Shown here in pieces: positions 1-10,525 of a stretch of DNA of 64,000 bases. Every line of letters begins with the position of its first letter. The stretch's first letter is position 1. Position numbers and translations under genes: made by a program. The notes under the pieces were generated by a model. It did no database searches and was not told the DNA's origin. It worked only from the letters and a program-made list of their open reading frames with translations. The stretch is from contig CAZSFQ010000001.1 in NCBI GenBank assembly GCA_964606165.1, positions 6,905 to 70,904 of the forward strand, read 5' to 3'. This stretch comes from an uncultured Mageeibacillus sp. GTDB lineage: Bacteria > Bacillota > Clostridia > Saccharofermentanales > DTU023.

Positions 1-17
1 CCTGCGCCGGCAAGGAA

Positions 18-503
18 GTGATTAAAGAAGAAGACATGCCGGGCGGCCTGAGGGACAGATCCTGGGACGCGCCCAAAACCATCCAATCAAAGGAGATCCT
101 GCGATTCGAGTGTGAATTCAGTTTCAGCCAGATACAGGAGGAAGGCTACACTTATGCTGTTTTTCAGGCGGAGCGCGAAAACGATTACGCCTCATTCCGG
201 ATGACCGGTTTCGGCAACGGTATAGAGCCCCTCAAGCTGTACGTGGAGGCACCTCTTACCACCCTCGATGACTTGCAGGCACTCGTTGACCAGCACGACC
301 TTCCCCGCTACAACGGAATAGATAAACAGGTCAATGGCCTGCCGGAACAATTGGGTTCCCTCCTGCGCATTAGCTACGCCTCAGGCGAACGCGTCTACGC
401 CTATGACAATTCCGGCGGTTTTATGGACTACAGGGCCGTGAATGCCATCCACGACTTCTTTCGTGAACTTGTCGGTCAGTCAGAAGACCCTGTCTCGCCC
501 TAG
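18..503 (+). CDS. hypothetical protein
   Basis: 161-aa ORF with no competing ORF. No motif recognised. The start near the window edge is uncertain. Confidence 0.35.
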   Translation: MIKEEDMPGGLRDRSWDAPKTIQSKEILRFECEFSFSQIQEEGYTYAVFQAERENDYASFRMTGFGNGIEPLKLYVEAPLTTLDDLQALVDQHDLPRYNGIDKQVNGLPEQLGSLLRISYASGERVYAYDNSGGFMDYRAVNAIHDFFRELVGQSEDPVSP

Positions 504-536
504 GGAAGCAGTCAGAGGCCGCTCTGAAAAGGCCTG

Positions 537-1811
537 TTACGCCAAGGTGTAATAACTTCCAGGTCCGCTTCCTTGTTTGCGAACAACTTCTTTTTCCAAC
601 AATCCATTGATGGTTCGAAGCGTCTTGCTTTTATTGAAGCCGGCTTTTTCATCGATTTCCAAACGGGTAAGTTCTCTGTTATCCCGAATCAAATCGTAGA
701 CCACAAGCTCATCCCCGGAAAGGTAGGGTAATGATTCTTGATAGAGCGGAAGAATCACTTTAATATTCCGGTCGCCAATCTTGAATTTGGGTTTTCGAAA
801 ACTATCCTGATACTCACCCATGATCCTGGCGACTCCGGTGCCGAACCTCTCAATAAGACCCAAACGGTTAAAGACACCGGCAATAATTGGATTCCTCAGA
901 ATGGAAACCTGTTCGTGCAAATAGTCTTCTTCATTCATACCAAAAGGCAATCCGCCCGGCGAATTGATTTCCACCCTGTCATGGTACATGGCAATCTGGA
1001 TATGGGCCTTCACATCCCATTCCCTGTGGACCAAGGCATTGGCAATGGCTTCTCTAAATGCTTCTTTGGGAATCAACTGTTTCTCTTGCCTTGTAAAGTC
1101 AACAATCTCCTCATATTGATAATATCTTTCAAATATCTCTACCGCGTAATCGAACTGGGACAGAATTGACATGCCTTCCGCGGTTCCCCTGAAAAGAAAT
1201 TTGTTAATGCTTTCACCAAATTTCACCATATCAATACCTGGAAGACCCAAATCATTTTTGTCGCTCAAGAGCAGGGCCGCAAGATTGTAGTATCCCTCTT
1301 TGCTAAAAAGTTCCAGCGTTTTCAGGATGTCCAGTGACAGACTTTCGATCCCAAGGACAGCTTTCATCTTCTTTTCCAGAACCTTGAATTCGAGATCCTG
1401 TTTATCTGATTTGGTCGCTTCATAATTCAGGTTCATACCGCTTAGAACCAGACGGTTCAATTCCTGCCTGTCCACAGGAACAGTAGCCGTATCCGATCTT
1501 TTATAAGCTTTGCCCTTATAGTAGTAGGGTGTGTCTTTCCCTCGCTGAACATCCAGGACGACTATCCGCTTCTTCCCCCTGGATTCAATACTGAGATTGT
1601 AGGCAGGTCTGGGATCGATTGAATCATTGATCTGGTTTTCGATTCTCAGCATCTCTTCCCTCACGGGCGATACACCGACCACGTCTCCACTATCCGTAAT
1701 ACCAAAGACAATTCTTCCATTATGGTAATTTGCGTAAGCGCAAACAGTTTTCAGGAATGTTTTGGTGACTGACTCTTTTAACTCGAGATTGTATTGTTCT
1801 TGTTGAAACAT
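537..1811 (-). CDS. AlbA_2 (Schlafen-like divergent AAA) DNA-binding protein with C-terminal winged-helix; putative transcriptional regulator
   Basis: The N-terminus ...LKESVTKTFLKTVCAYANYHNGRIVFGITDSGDVVGV is typical of the AlbA_2 domain. The C-terminal half has NSPGGLP and a wHTH-like tail. Confidence 0.65.
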   Translation of the reverse strand: MFQQEQYNLELKESVTKTFLKTVCAYANYHNGRIVFGITDSGDVVGVSPVREEMLRIENQINDSIDPRPAYNLSIESRGKKRIVVLDVQRGKDTPYYYKGKAYKRSDTATVPVDRQELNRLVLSGMNLNYEATKSDKQDLEFKVLEKKMKAVLGIESLSLDILKTLELFSKEGYYNLAALLLSDKNDLGLPGIDMVKFGESINKFLFRGTAEGMSILSQFDYAVEIFERYYQYEEIVDFTRQEKQLIPKEAFREAIANALVHREWDVKAHIQIAMYHDRVEINSPGGLPFGMNEEDYLHEQVSILRNPIIAGVFNRLGLIERFGTGVARIMGEYQDSFRKPKFKIGDRNIKVILPLYQESLPYLSGDELVVYDLIRDNRELTRLEIDEKAGFNKSKTLRTINGLLEKEVVRKQGSGPGSYYTLA

Positions 1812-2021
1812 GTGACCACCCCAATCGATGGTTCCAGCCTACCATCTTCAGGCGAAAAATGCAACGATACGCCTATCGCTCCATCTATCGTTTCACTTTT
1901 TGACTTTATTCGCGCATTCGCCGCAAATCGTATCGAATTGGGCTCCATGAGGTACAATTAGTGGCGATGGCGTTTTCGTAAGGAAAACTACATCTCCAGG
2001 GAAGGGAAGGAGGCGAAACCT

Positions 2022-2414
2022 GTGAAAGGCATGTCCTTTTTAATGGCATCATTCATCCCCACCATCATGCTGGCAATCGGCTTGATCTTCAGGAAATGGG
2101 CTCCCAAATCCATCAACTACCTGGTCGGTTACCGGACCCGGCGATCCACTATCAATGACGAAACCTGGACCTTTGCCAACCGGACCATGGGTGTAGTTTG
2201 GACACGCTGGGGGCTTCTTATGCTGATCCCCTCCCTCATTCTCATGCTCGTCTTCCTGAATCAACCAACCGAACTACTCAATCGGGTAAGCCTGATCCTG
2301 ACCGCCATCCAGCTTGTTCTCATGGTTCTCTCCATCATCCCGGTTGAAAGGGCTCTGAAGACCCGCTTTGATGAAAGGGGCAGGCGAGTGGAAGGAAGTG
2401 AGCATGTCTCTTAG
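2022..2414 (+). CDS. SdpI/YhfL-family small membrane protein
   Basis: Contains NYLVGYRTRRSTINDETWTFANR flanked by TM helices, the characteristic SdpI-family motif. Confidence 0.6.
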   Translation: MKGMSFLMASFIPTIMLAIGLIFRKWAPKSINYLVGYRTRRSTINDETWTFANRTMGVVWTRWGLLMLIPSLILMLVFLNQPTELLNRVSLILTAIQLVLMVLSIIPVERALKTRFDERGRRVEGSEHVS

Positions 2415-2874
2415 CCGGGTGAAGCAATTCTTCGAAGAGATCGGTCTCGGTGACCGGGTCAAGGATTTGGAACAGTCCAGCGCCACGGTGGAACTGGCCG
2501 CGCAGGCACTTGGTTGTGAAACCGGGCAAATCGCCAAAACCCTGACCTTCCTGGTCAATAAGCAGCCCCTCATGGTGGTCTGTGCCGGTAATGTGAAAGT
2601 TTCCAACCCCAAATTCAAGGCCCTCTTTCATCGGCGGCCTTCAATGATCCCCCCTGAAGAGGTGCACGGCTTAACAGGTCACCAAGTTGGCGGTGTCTGC
2701 CCCTTCGTGGTCAAGGAGGGTGTCGCTGTTTACCTGGATCAATCCTTGAAGGCGAACCGTATTGTCTATCCGGGTGCAGGCAGCTCCCACAGCCTGGTTG
2801 AGCTGACCCTTGAGGAGCTGGAGCGACTGGCCAGGCCCGTCGCCTGGATTGATGTCTGCCAGCCGGTTATTTGA
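2404..2874 (+). CDS. YbaK/EbsC-type aminoacyl-tRNA editing (deacylase) domain protein
   Basis: MSLSRVKQFFEEIGL...TVELAAQALGCETGQIAKTLTFL...GHQVGGVCPF matches the YbaK family pattern. The start was moved to the internal ATG at 2404. Confidence 0.75.
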   Translation: MSLSRVKQFFEEIGLGDRVKDLEQSSATVELAAQALGCETGQIAKTLTFLVNKQPLMVVCAGNVKVSNPKFKALFHRRPSMIPPEEVHGLTGHQVGGVCPFVVKEGVAVYLDQSLKANRIVYPGAGSSHSLVELTLEELERLARPVAWIDVCQPVI

Positions 2875-2914
2875 CTTCAGAACATGACCGAAAAAGGAAT
2901 GGGCGGAACCAGCA

Positions 2915-3103
2915 TCAACAAAAATCAATTATGAGTTTCTTTCCCAGTCCCTTTGCGACCTTTTGAAGTGTCCGGATACTGGGATTGGCTTTACCGGATT
3001 CAATCCGGCTCAGCACAGCCTGATCGATCTTGGAATTGGCGGATAATTCCTGCTGGGTCATGCCGGCATTGATGCGTGCTTGGACAAGAGCCTTCTCAAG
3101 CAT
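2915..3103 (-). CDS. XRE-family helix-turn-helix transcriptional regulator
   Basis: AGMTQQELSANSKIDQAVLSRIESGKANPSIRTLQKVAKGLGKKL is a classic Cro/C1 HTH. The start at the internal ATG overlaps the upstream MBL gene stop. Confidence 0.7.
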   Translation of the reverse strand: MLEKALVQARINAGMTQQELSANSKIDQAVLSRIESGKANPSIRTLQKVAKGLGKKLIIDFC

Positions 3104-3800
3104 CCCGCTTGATGACGAAGACCTGATTCCTCTTTTCGATCTCCATGACCCTGGTTCTTCCTTCTTTGACCCTTCCGGCAAATTGCCTGGTGATTTCATA
3201 GTTACCCCCAAAATGGCAGGGGAAAAAGTACTTTGGTCTCAGTTGGTCGATAAAATACAGGCCGCCACAATCATGTTGATCACCTAAGCGGGGATCGACG
3301 GGGAAAAAAGCCAGGTCGATCGGAACTTTGTCGATTTTTGAAATCTCCTCCTTAAAATCGTCTTCCGCTTTCAGTTGATCCTCCCTGCTGTCACAGGACC
3401 AGTGCCACCAGTTCAAATCGCCTGCGTGAAAGATGTATTTCCCTTCTGCCCGCACCAAAAAAGAGACACCCTCATCGGTGGAGCCGAAGCTTTTGATTTC
3501 AATCTCCCCGATGGTCATCTTTTGACAGGGCGCCATAAAGAATCTGTTCTCCTGCTTCTCAACTTCAATATCGTGGCCCAGGACGTAATGGATCTGAGGA
3601 TGATCCTTTTGCCAGTCGAAAATCTCGGGATTGAAATGATCCCCGTGATGATGGGAGGAAAAGACTATGGTCGGCTTCTCCTTGATAGTCAGGCCGCCCT
3701 TGAAATAATCAAAGATTAAAAAATAATGATCGGTCTCCACCGAAAAGCCGCTGTGATCGATGTACTCAACTTCCATAAGTTCCTTGCCCCTGTTTTCCAT
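3096..3800 (-). CDS. MBL-fold metallo-hydrolase
   Basis: HHHGDHF metal-binding motif with downstream His/Asp positions. Confidence 0.7.
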   Translation of the reverse strand: MENRGKELMEVEYIDHSGFSVETDHYFLIFDYFKGGLTIKEKPTIVFSSHHHGDHFNPEIFDWQKDHPQIHYVLGHDIEVEKQENRFFMAPCQKMTIGEIEIKSFGSTDEGVSFLVRAEGKYIFHAGDLNWWHWSCDSREDQLKAEDDFKEEISKIDKVPIDLAFFPVDPRLGDQHDCGGLYFIDQLRPKYFFPCHFGGNYEITRQFAGRVKEGRTRVMEIEKRNQVFVIKRDA

Positions 3801-3923
3801 CCTTATGAATCATACTATCAGGATCAAGGCAGCCTATGCTGATGATCCTGTTGCCAGACAGGGGTCACCTTCATTAAACTGGATGGGAGAGCGGCCGCAA
3901 GGCCGCAAGATCGGGGTAAGCTT

Positions 3924-4910
3924 ATGCCTTTCACTATTGTTGGCCAGGACATCACCAAACTTGAGGTTGACGCCATCGTCAACGCCGCCAATACCGAGCT
4001 TCAGATGGGCGGCGGGGTCTGCGGCGCCATCTTCAAGGCGGCGGGGCCGGACCCCCTCCAGGCGGCTTGTGACAAGCTGGCCCCCATCAGAACCGGAGAG
4101 GCCGTCATCACTCCGGGCTTCAATCTCCCTGCCAAATTCATCATCCACGCGGCCGGGCCGGTCTACCGGGAGGATGATCCGGAAGGAAGTGAGGCCTGCC
4201 TGCGGGCAGCCTACACCAATACACTGAAAAGAGCTGTCGAAAACAAATGCGAGAGCGTGGCCTTCCCCCTGATCTCAAGCGGTATCTACGGCTACCCTAA
4301 AGAGGAGGCTTTACGGATCGCGACCTCGGCCATCCGGGATTTTCTGGAGATTCACGATCTGCAAGTCATCCTGGCTGTCTTCGACAAGGCGGCCCTGTCG
4401 GTCAGCCGGGACTTGATGGGCCAGGTCGAAAACTATATTGATCATCATTACCTCGAGCGGACCGCGACAAGCCGGAAACTGCTCGAGGTTGAGCGTATGG
4501 CCCTGGGGGAGGCGAGAGTTCTCAGGGCACCCCTTCATGCCACTCCCCTGGATGAAGTCATCGGCGAGCTGGACCAGCCCTTCTCCCAGCTCCTGCTTGA
4601 CCTCATCGATGCCCGGGGCAAAACGGATGTGGAAGTTTACAAGGCGGCCAACCTGGATCGCAGGCACTTCTCCAAGATCAGGGGCAATCAGGACTACCGG
4701 CCGGGCAAGCGGACGGTCCTGGCCCTGGCCATTGCCCTGGAGCTGTCCCTGGAGGAGACCGGGGAGCTTCTGGCACGGGCAGGCTATGCCCTGTCCCCTG
4801 CCGTACTCTTTGATGTAATTGTGGAATATTTCATTGCCAACGACCGCACGGATATCTTTGAAATAAACCAAGTCCTTTTCGCTTACGACCAGCCCCTCCT
4901 GGGGGGCTAG
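3924..4910 (+). CDS. macro-domain protein (ADP-ribose / O-acetyl-ADP-ribose hydrolase type) with C-terminal helical extension
   Basis: DITKLEVDAIVNAANTELQMGGGVCGAIFKAAG ... IIHAAGPVY ... FPLISSGIYGYP are macro-domain signatures. Confidence 0.8.
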   Translation: MPFTIVGQDITKLEVDAIVNAANTELQMGGGVCGAIFKAAGPDPLQAACDKLAPIRTGEAVITPGFNLPAKFIIHAAGPVYREDDPEGSEACLRAAYTNTLKRAVENKCESVAFPLISSGIYGYPKEEALRIATSAIRDFLEIHDLQVILAVFDKAALSVSRDLMGQVENYIDHHYLERTATSRKLLEVERMALGEARVLRAPLHATPLDEVIGELDQPFSQLLLDLIDARGKTDVEVYKAANLDRRHFSKIRGNQDYRPGKRTVLALAIALELSLEETGELLARAGYALSPAVLFDVIVEYFIANDRTDIFEINQVLFAYDQPLLGG

Positions 4911-5005
4911 TCCCGCTCCACCCTTTATTTGTCGCCTGGCAGGCGACCTGTCCAGCTCATTTCTTCCCTATGGTGAAAACACCAAACAAGGGAGGAATGA
5001 TTACC

Positions 5006-5653
5006 ATGACAAAGAAAAGAACAGAACTCGTTTTCCTGCTGGACCAAAGCGGCTCCATGGCCGGCCTTGAGTCCGACACCATCGGCGGCTACAATGCCTT
5101 CCTGCAAAAGCAGGCAGCCATCGAAGAACCCTGCCTCATCACCACGGTCCTCTTCGACAACAGCTACCAGCTGCTCCACGACCGGATTGACATCCGGGCC
5201 GTCAGTCTCCTGACCGAAAAGGATTACCGGGCGGGTGGATCGACCGCCCTTCTGGACGCCATGGGCCGGACCATGAACAAGCTGATCGGGATACAAAAAC
5301 GAAGCAGCCCTGACTACCAGGCAGACCAGGTCATTTTTGTCGTCATCACCGACGGCTTGGAAAACAGCAGCCGGATCTACAGCCCGGCCGAGATCAAGGC
5401 CATGGTGGAAAAGCAGGAAGAATCTTATGGCTGGGAATTCATCTTCCTGGGAGCCAACATCGACGCCATCGTCACGGCCGGCTCCATGGGGATCAGGGCC
5501 GACCGGGCCCTGGACTATCTGGCAGATGGAAAAGGAACCGCCCTCAATTACAAGATCCTGTCCGAGACCATCGGGACCTTCAGGACGACGGGCCGCGTGG
5601 ACCAAGAGGGCCTGAACGAAATCCGCCGGGATGCCCGGGAAAGGGGCAATTAA
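5006..5653 (+). CDS. von Willebrand factor A (vWA) domain protein
   Basis: The MIDAS motif LLDQSGSM is followed by a second MIDAS element, ITDGLEN. The start was chosen at the ATG downstream of a GGGAGG RBS. Confidence 0.7.
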   Translation: MTKKRTELVFLLDQSGSMAGLESDTIGGYNAFLQKQAAIEEPCLITTVLFDNSYQLLHDRIDIRAVSLLTEKDYRAGGSTALLDAMGRTMNKLIGIQKRSSPDYQADQVIFVVITDGLENSSRIYSPAEIKAMVEKQEESYGWEFIFLGANIDAIVTAGSMGIRADRALDYLADGKGTALNYKILSETIGTFRTTGRVDQEGLNEIRRDARERGN

Positions 5654-5659
5654 ACTGTT

Positions 5660-7060
5660 TTAACGCATGAGCTTCCTCAGAAGCTTGAACCAGCGGTCCC
5701 GGTAAGGCCGGTAACGGATGGGCAGATCAATCCATTTACTTTGCCTGACCAGGCTCCTCATGTGGCTGAAGGCCTCAAAGCTCTTGTAGCCGTGGTAGGA
5801 ACCCATGCCCGACTCCCCCACCCCGCCAAAAGGCAGATAGGGGGAGGCCAGGTGCATGATGGTGTCATTGATGGCACCCCCTCCGAAGGAACAGCTGTCA
5901 AGAATCCGGCGCTCTCTCGCCTTGTCACTTGTAAAGAGGTAGAGGGCCAAGGGCTTGGGCCGTTCGCGGATGAAGCGGATGCACTGGTCCAGCTCTTCGA
6001 AAGTGATCAGGGGCAGGATGGGGCCGAAGATCTCCTCCTGCATGACAGGGGACCGGGGGTCAACCTGGTCCAGGAGGGTGGGTTCAAAGAGGCGGCTGGC
6101 CGGATCCCTGCCGCCACCCACCCGGATGGTCTGTCCTTCCAGGAGCGATTCCAAACGCTGAAAATGTCTGTCACTGACAATGCGGGGATAGTCTGTGTAA
6201 TCCCCGTTGGGGAAAAAATCAAGCAGGGCCTGCTTGAAATGTTCAATGAAGGTCTCTTTGACCCGCCCGTCGATGAGCAGGTAATCGGGTTCCACGCAGG
6301 TCTGCCCGGCGTTCAGCACCTTGCCGAAGGCAATGCGGCGGGCCGCCAGCTTGAGATCGGCGGTCTCATCCACGATGGCAGGACTCTTGCCGCCCAGCTC
6401 CAGGACCAAAGGAGTCAGGTGCCTGGCGGCCGCTTCCATGACCACCCGGCCGACCGCGGTGCTTCCGGTGAAAAAGATGAAGTCAAATTGTTCTTCCAGA
6501 AGAGCCCTGTTCTCCTCCCGGCCTCCTTCCACCACGGCCACGAATTCCGGCGGGAAGAGATCCCCCAAAAGACCGGCCAGCATACGGCTGGTCGCGGGGG
6601 CATAGGCGGAAGGCTTGACAATGCTGCAATTACCGGCCGCCATGGAGGCGACCAGGGGATTCAAGGTCAGTTGGACCGGATAATTCCAGGGTGACATGAT
6701 CAGCGCCACCCCGTATGGCTCGGGCACAATATAACTCCTGGCCGGCTTGAGCACCAGCGGCGTTTTGACCCTGCGCTCCCTGATCCATCGGGGGAGATGC
6801 TTGTTCAGGAAGCGCAATTCCGCCAGGACAATCCCCGTTTCCGTCATATAAGTCTCAAAAGGTGATTTATTCAGGTCTTCCTTGACTGCCTGGTTGATAT
6901 CATGCTCATGCTTGAGCAGACTGGCCTGCAACCTTTGAAGGCAATCCTGGCGGAAGGCCAGGGGGCGGGTTTGGCCGCTTTGAAAGAAGTCTCTTTGTCT
7001 TTGAACCAGCTCATGCGCTGAAGCTGTCTTTATTTTATCTTGCAAACTTGAATGATCCAT
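5660..7060 (-). CDS. aldehyde dehydrogenase family protein (ALDH3-like)
   Basis: Contains ELGGKSP, GQTCVEPDY (catalytic Cys) and EEIFGPILP motifs. Confidence 0.85.
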   Translation of the reverse strand: MDHSSLQDKIKTASAHELVQRQRDFFQSGQTRPLAFRQDCLQRLQASLLKHEHDINQAVKEDLNKSPFETYMTETGIVLAELRFLNKHLPRWIRERRVKTPLVLKPARSYIVPEPYGVALIMSPWNYPVQLTLNPLVASMAAGNCSIVKPSAYAPATSRMLAGLLGDLFPPEFVAVVEGGREENRALLEEQFDFIFFTGSTAVGRVVMEAAARHLTPLVLELGGKSPAIVDETADLKLAARRIAFGKVLNAGQTCVEPDYLLIDGRVKETFIEHFKQALLDFFPNGDYTDYPRIVSDRHFQRLESLLEGQTIRVGGGRDPASRLFEPTLLDQVDPRSPVMQEEIFGPILPLITFEELDQCIRFIRERPKPLALYLFTSDKARERRILDSCSFGGGAINDTIMHLASPYLPFGGVGESGMGSYHGYKSFEAFSHMRSLVRQSKWIDLPIRYRPYRDRWFKLLRKLMR

Positions 7061-7104
7061 CCTGTCACTTTAACTTAACTCGATGATTCTTCCCGGCAGA
7101 TGCC

Positions 7105-7911
7105 CTAACCAGTATGTTGTTTCAAAAACTTCAAGCTTGTCTGATTGAAACCTTCCACGTCCTCGTAAATCGGCGCATGGGCACATCCTTCAAAGACAAT
7201 CAGTTGAGAACCTTCGATGGCGTCCTGCATCTCTTTGGCGAAGCGGGTGGAGGTGATCAGGTCATGGCGGCCAAAGGTGATCTGGGTGGGCGCCTTGATC
7301 CGCTGCAGCTGTTCCTGGGCGTCATGGGTGATCACGGCATCGGACTGGCGGATGAAGGCATCCAGGGGTTGCGCCGGCCGGCCCCGGACGAAGTCAGAGA
7401 GCGCTTGAATATAGTCCGGTTTTTCGGCGTAAAGCTCAGGGGTGAAACACCAGGGAAAGATTCCTGCAATCACCATCTCTGTTACACTGCCCAGGCCTCT
7501 GGCCATAATCTGCCAGCCTTCGACCACTGTTTTGAGGAATGGATCGGTCTTGGGCCAGCCGCTGTGGAGTGAGAGTGACTTGACCCGGGATGGATATTTT
7601 GCCGCCAGCCACATGCCTGTGGCGGCTCCAAGCGACAGGCCGGACACGTGGGCCTGATCAATCCCCAGGACCTGCATGAAGGCGGCGATATCGTCCGCGA
7701 ACAGCTCCATGGAATAGCTCCCCTCCGGCTTGTCTGTCATGCCGGCACCCCGCGGGTCGACCGAGATGCAAGTGAATTCCTTGGCATAGTCGGCCACCTG
7801 AAAGGCGTAGCAGGCGTGGTCAGCCGCCAGGTAAGGGATGAGGATCAGCGGTTCGCCGCTCCCTTGTTGATCGTAATTCATGGTGATTCCGTTAACTTTG
7901 ACTTGAGGCAT
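7105..7911 (-). CDS. alpha/beta-fold hydrolase
   Basis: HVSGLSLGA nucleophile elbow (GxSxG) and a C-terminal GCAHAP catalytic His region. Confidence 0.8.
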   Translation of the reverse strand: MPQVKVNGITMNYDQQGSGEPLILIPYLAADHACYAFQVADYAKEFTCISVDPRGAGMTDKPEGSYSMELFADDIAAFMQVLGIDQAHVSGLSLGAATGMWLAAKYPSRVKSLSLHSGWPKTDPFLKTVVEGWQIMARGLGSVTEMVIAGIFPWCFTPELYAEKPDYIQALSDFVRGRPAQPLDAFIRQSDAVITHDAQEQLQRIKAPTQITFGRHDLITSTRFAKEMQDAIEGSQLIVFEGCAHAPIYEDVEGFNQTSLKFLKQHTG

Positions 7912-8010
7912 AGGTGTCTCCTTTCAGTCTGCGCGGGTATGCGCTGCCGATATGATCAGACGGCAAACCGGATGGCTTGTCATCGGATGACCTTGGAGAG
8001 AAAAATTGCG

Positions 8011-8049
8011 CAAAAGAAAGGCGGGCTCTCAAAAAAAGGCCAGCCCGCC
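8011..8049 (-). terminator. rho-independent terminator candidate downstream of the feo operon
   Basis: An 8-bp GC-rich stem, GGCGGGCT/AGCCCGCC (8020-8049), is followed on the minus strand by TTTCTTTTG. Confidence 0.5.
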
Positions 8050-8216
8050 AGTGATAAGCCGTTTCAATCATGGTCTCCTGCCCTTCCATGGCTGCTTATT
8101 CCGGGAGGAACTCGCAGGGCTTCGGCATCCGGAGCATCTCACAAGAACGACGTGTTCCCTCTTCTTCAATTCTACCGTCTTTTATTGATCGCGCAACTGC
8201 TGCTGCCAGCTGCCGT

Positions 8217-8489
8217 TCAGGCGGGATCTCTGTCAGCGAGAAGTTTTCGCCCCTTTTCCGTGATCCGGTAGGTAACCAGGATCTCCTTGCCGCAGGAGGC
8301 CGCCAAAGGGCAGGAACCGCAGGAGGCCGGACAGGGCGCCCCTCCCTGCTCCCGGATCAGGTATTCCATGCGGATTAATTGCCCGAGAGCCTGGTCGATC
8401 ACGGCTTCGGAGACATTGAACTCCGAGGCCAGTTTGCTTTTCGACAGAAGCTGATCCCTTTCGATGGCAGCCAGCAGTTCTCTCAGCAT
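8217..8489 (-). CDS. feoC: FeoC-like winged-helix protein with Cys-rich tail
   Basis: A small wHTH protein immediately downstream of feoB, with the C-terminal Cys cluster CPASCGSCPLAASC. Confidence 0.6.
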   Translation of the reverse strand: MLRELLAAIERDQLLSKSKLASEFNVSEAVIDQALGQLIRMEYLIREQGGAPCPASCGSCPLAASCGKEILVTYRITEKGRKLLADRDPA

Positions 8490-8503
8490 GTCCTTCTTCC
8501 TTC

Positions 8504-10525
8504 CTAGCGATAGCCCAGCAGGCTGCCGGCCTGGAAGATCAGGACGGCTGCCAGCCAGCCGATGGCAAAGGTATAAAGAGCCATAAAGAGCGGCCAGCGG
8601 ACCGATTTGGTCTCTTTGCCTACAATGCCCAGAGTGGCCGCGCAGGGCGTGTAAAGCAGGACCATGACCATGTAGGCCAGGGCGGTCAGGGGGGTGAAGT
8701 GCTGGCGGATGGCGTCCACCAGGATCTGGCCCTCTTCCATGTACTGGCCGGCATAGAGCATGCCCAGTGTGCCGACGACGGCCTCTTTGGCGGGGATGCC
8801 GGCAAAAAGGGCCACCGCCTCCTGCCAGGTTCCAAAACCGGCCAGGCTGAATAAGGGCACCAGGAAGCTGCCGATCCTGCCCAGAAAGCTGTTTTGACCG
8901 TATGCTTCAGCCGAGCCGGGGAGCACGGCCAGAACCCACATGAGGGTGACCACCAGGAAAATAACGGTTCCCGCCCTTTTGACAAAACCGGACAGATTAT
9001 TCCACATGTTGCGCAGGACATTGCGGAAGGCGGGCAGGCGGTAAGGCGGCAGTTCCATGATGAAGAAGGAGGCTTCCCCCTTGAAAAGGGTCATGTTGAA
9101 AATCTTGGCCAGAAGAAGGGCAACAATGATTCCCAGGCCATAAAGGCCAAAGAGGATCAGGCCGCCATGGCGGGGAAAGAAGGCGGCGATGAAGATGGAA
9201 TAGATAGGAAGCTTGGCCCCGCAGGACATGAAGGGGGTAATCAGCATGGTGATCATGCGGTCTTTTTTGCTGTCCAGGGTCCGGGCTGACATGATGCCGG
9301 GCACCGTGCAGCCAAAACCGATGATCATGGAGATGAAAGACTTGCCCTGAAGGCCGAACTTGCGCATCAGGTCGTCCCAGACATAGGCCGCCCTCGCCAT
9401 GTAGCCGCTGTCTTCCAGAAGGCCCAGAAGCAAATAAAGGACAGTGATCAGTGGGACAAATTCGATGACGGCGCCGACCCCGTTGATGACCCCGTCGATC
9501 ATGAAGGAGACCAGCCAGCCGGGTGAATGAAGGGAGACGAGCAAATTCTCAAGCAAGCCGCCCAGGCCCTCGACCAGGTCCGCCGCCAGCCCCCCCAGCC
9601 AGCCCTCGCCGACAACGAAGGTCAGTTGGAAGACGGCCAGCATGATGACCGCGAAGATGGGGATGCCCAGGTATTTATGGGTCACCAGACGGTCGATCTT
9701 ATCCGTCAGGGTCACCACTTCCTCTTCAGGCCGGATGACGGACTGGCCGGCCACCTGGTGGGCAAAGGAATAGCGGGAATCGATGATATCCAGTTCAAAG
9801 CTGTCACGGCTGTGGTATTGGAAGAACTCGTCAATTCCTTCCATCAGCGAATCCGGCAGGGACAGGGCTTGAAGTTTGTCCAGGACGTGGCTGTCCCCTT
9901 CCACCATCTTGATGGCCGTCCACCGGATTGGATAGGGCAAGGGCATGTCAGCCAGGAGTTCTTCCATGTGGTCGATGTGGTGGGCAACCGCAGGTTTATA
10001 GGGCAGGGAAGGGAAAAAAGGTTCCTGCTTCCCCATGGTGTCGATGGCGGCCCCCACCAGCTCCTCTACGCCCTCCCCGCGCAAGGCAACAGTCTTTACG
10101 ACAGGGGTGCCGGTTAATTCTGACAGCTTTTCTAGATCAAAGCGGATTTGCTTTTTGTCTGCCTCATCGGCCATGTTGAGAGCAATGACTACCTTCTTGC
10201 CCATCTCCAGAAGCTGGGTGGTCAGGTAAAGATTGCGCTCCAGGTTGCTGGCCTCGATTACATTGATGATGACATCCGCGTCATCCGACAGGATGTAGTC
10301 GCGCGCCACGATCTCATCTTCGGAAAAGGCGCCAAGGCTGTAGATGCCAGGCAGGTCGACCACCCGGCAAAGGATCCCTTCATGCTCAAGGGTGCCCTCT
10401 TTCTTTTCCACGGTCACGCCCGGCCAGTTGCCGACGTGCTGGGAAGCCCCCGTCAAACGGTTGAACAAGGTGGTCTTGCCGCTGTTGGGATTGCCAACCA
10501 GGGCGATGCATGGATCCGTTTTCAC
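8504..10525 (-). CDS. feoB: ferrous iron transport protein B
   Basis: N-terminal G-domain GNPNSGKTTLFN, DLPG and NMAD, followed by a polytopic membrane domain. Confidence 0.95.
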   Translation of the reverse strand: MKTDPCIALVGNPNSGKTTLFNRLTGASQHVGNWPGVTVEKKEGTLEHEGILCRVVDLPGIYSLGAFSEDEIVARDYILSDDADVIINVIEASNLERNLYLTTQLLEMGKKVVIALNMADEADKKQIRFDLEKLSELTGTPVVKTVALRGEGVEELVGAAIDTMGKQEPFFPSLPYKPAVAHHIDHMEELLADMPLPYPIRWTAIKMVEGDSHVLDKLQALSLPDSLMEGIDEFFQYHSRDSFELDIIDSRYSFAHQVAGQSVIRPEEEVVTLTDKIDRLVTHKYLGIPIFAVIMLAVFQLTFVVGEGWLGGLAADLVEGLGGLLENLLVSLHSPGWLVSFMIDGVINGVGAVIEFVPLITVLYLLLGLLEDSGYMARAAYVWDDLMRKFGLQGKSFISMIIGFGCTVPGIMSARTLDSKKDRMITMLITPFMSCGAKLPIYSIFIAAFFPRHGGLILFGLYGLGIIVALLLAKIFNMTLFKGEASFFIMELPPYRLPAFRNVLRNMWNNLSGFVKRAGTVIFLVVTLMWVLAVLPGSAEAYGQNSFLGRIGSFLVPLFSLAGFGTWQEAVALFAGIPAKEAVVGTLGMLYAGQYMEEGQILVDAIRQHFTPLTALAYMVMVLLYTPCAATLGIVGKETKSVRWPLFMALYTFAIGWLAAVLIFQAGSLLGYR

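Noticed and set aside
5741-6694. A 317-aa plus-strand ORF antisense to the aldehyde dehydrogenase gene, with similar antisense ORFs over feoB (9527-10117), the DUF2804 gene (12349-13020), pfkA (15101-15778) and the macro-domain gene (4311-4871).
   Set aside because: They are GC-rich antisense frames of well-supported genes. Their products are Gly/Arg/Pro-rich with no motifs.
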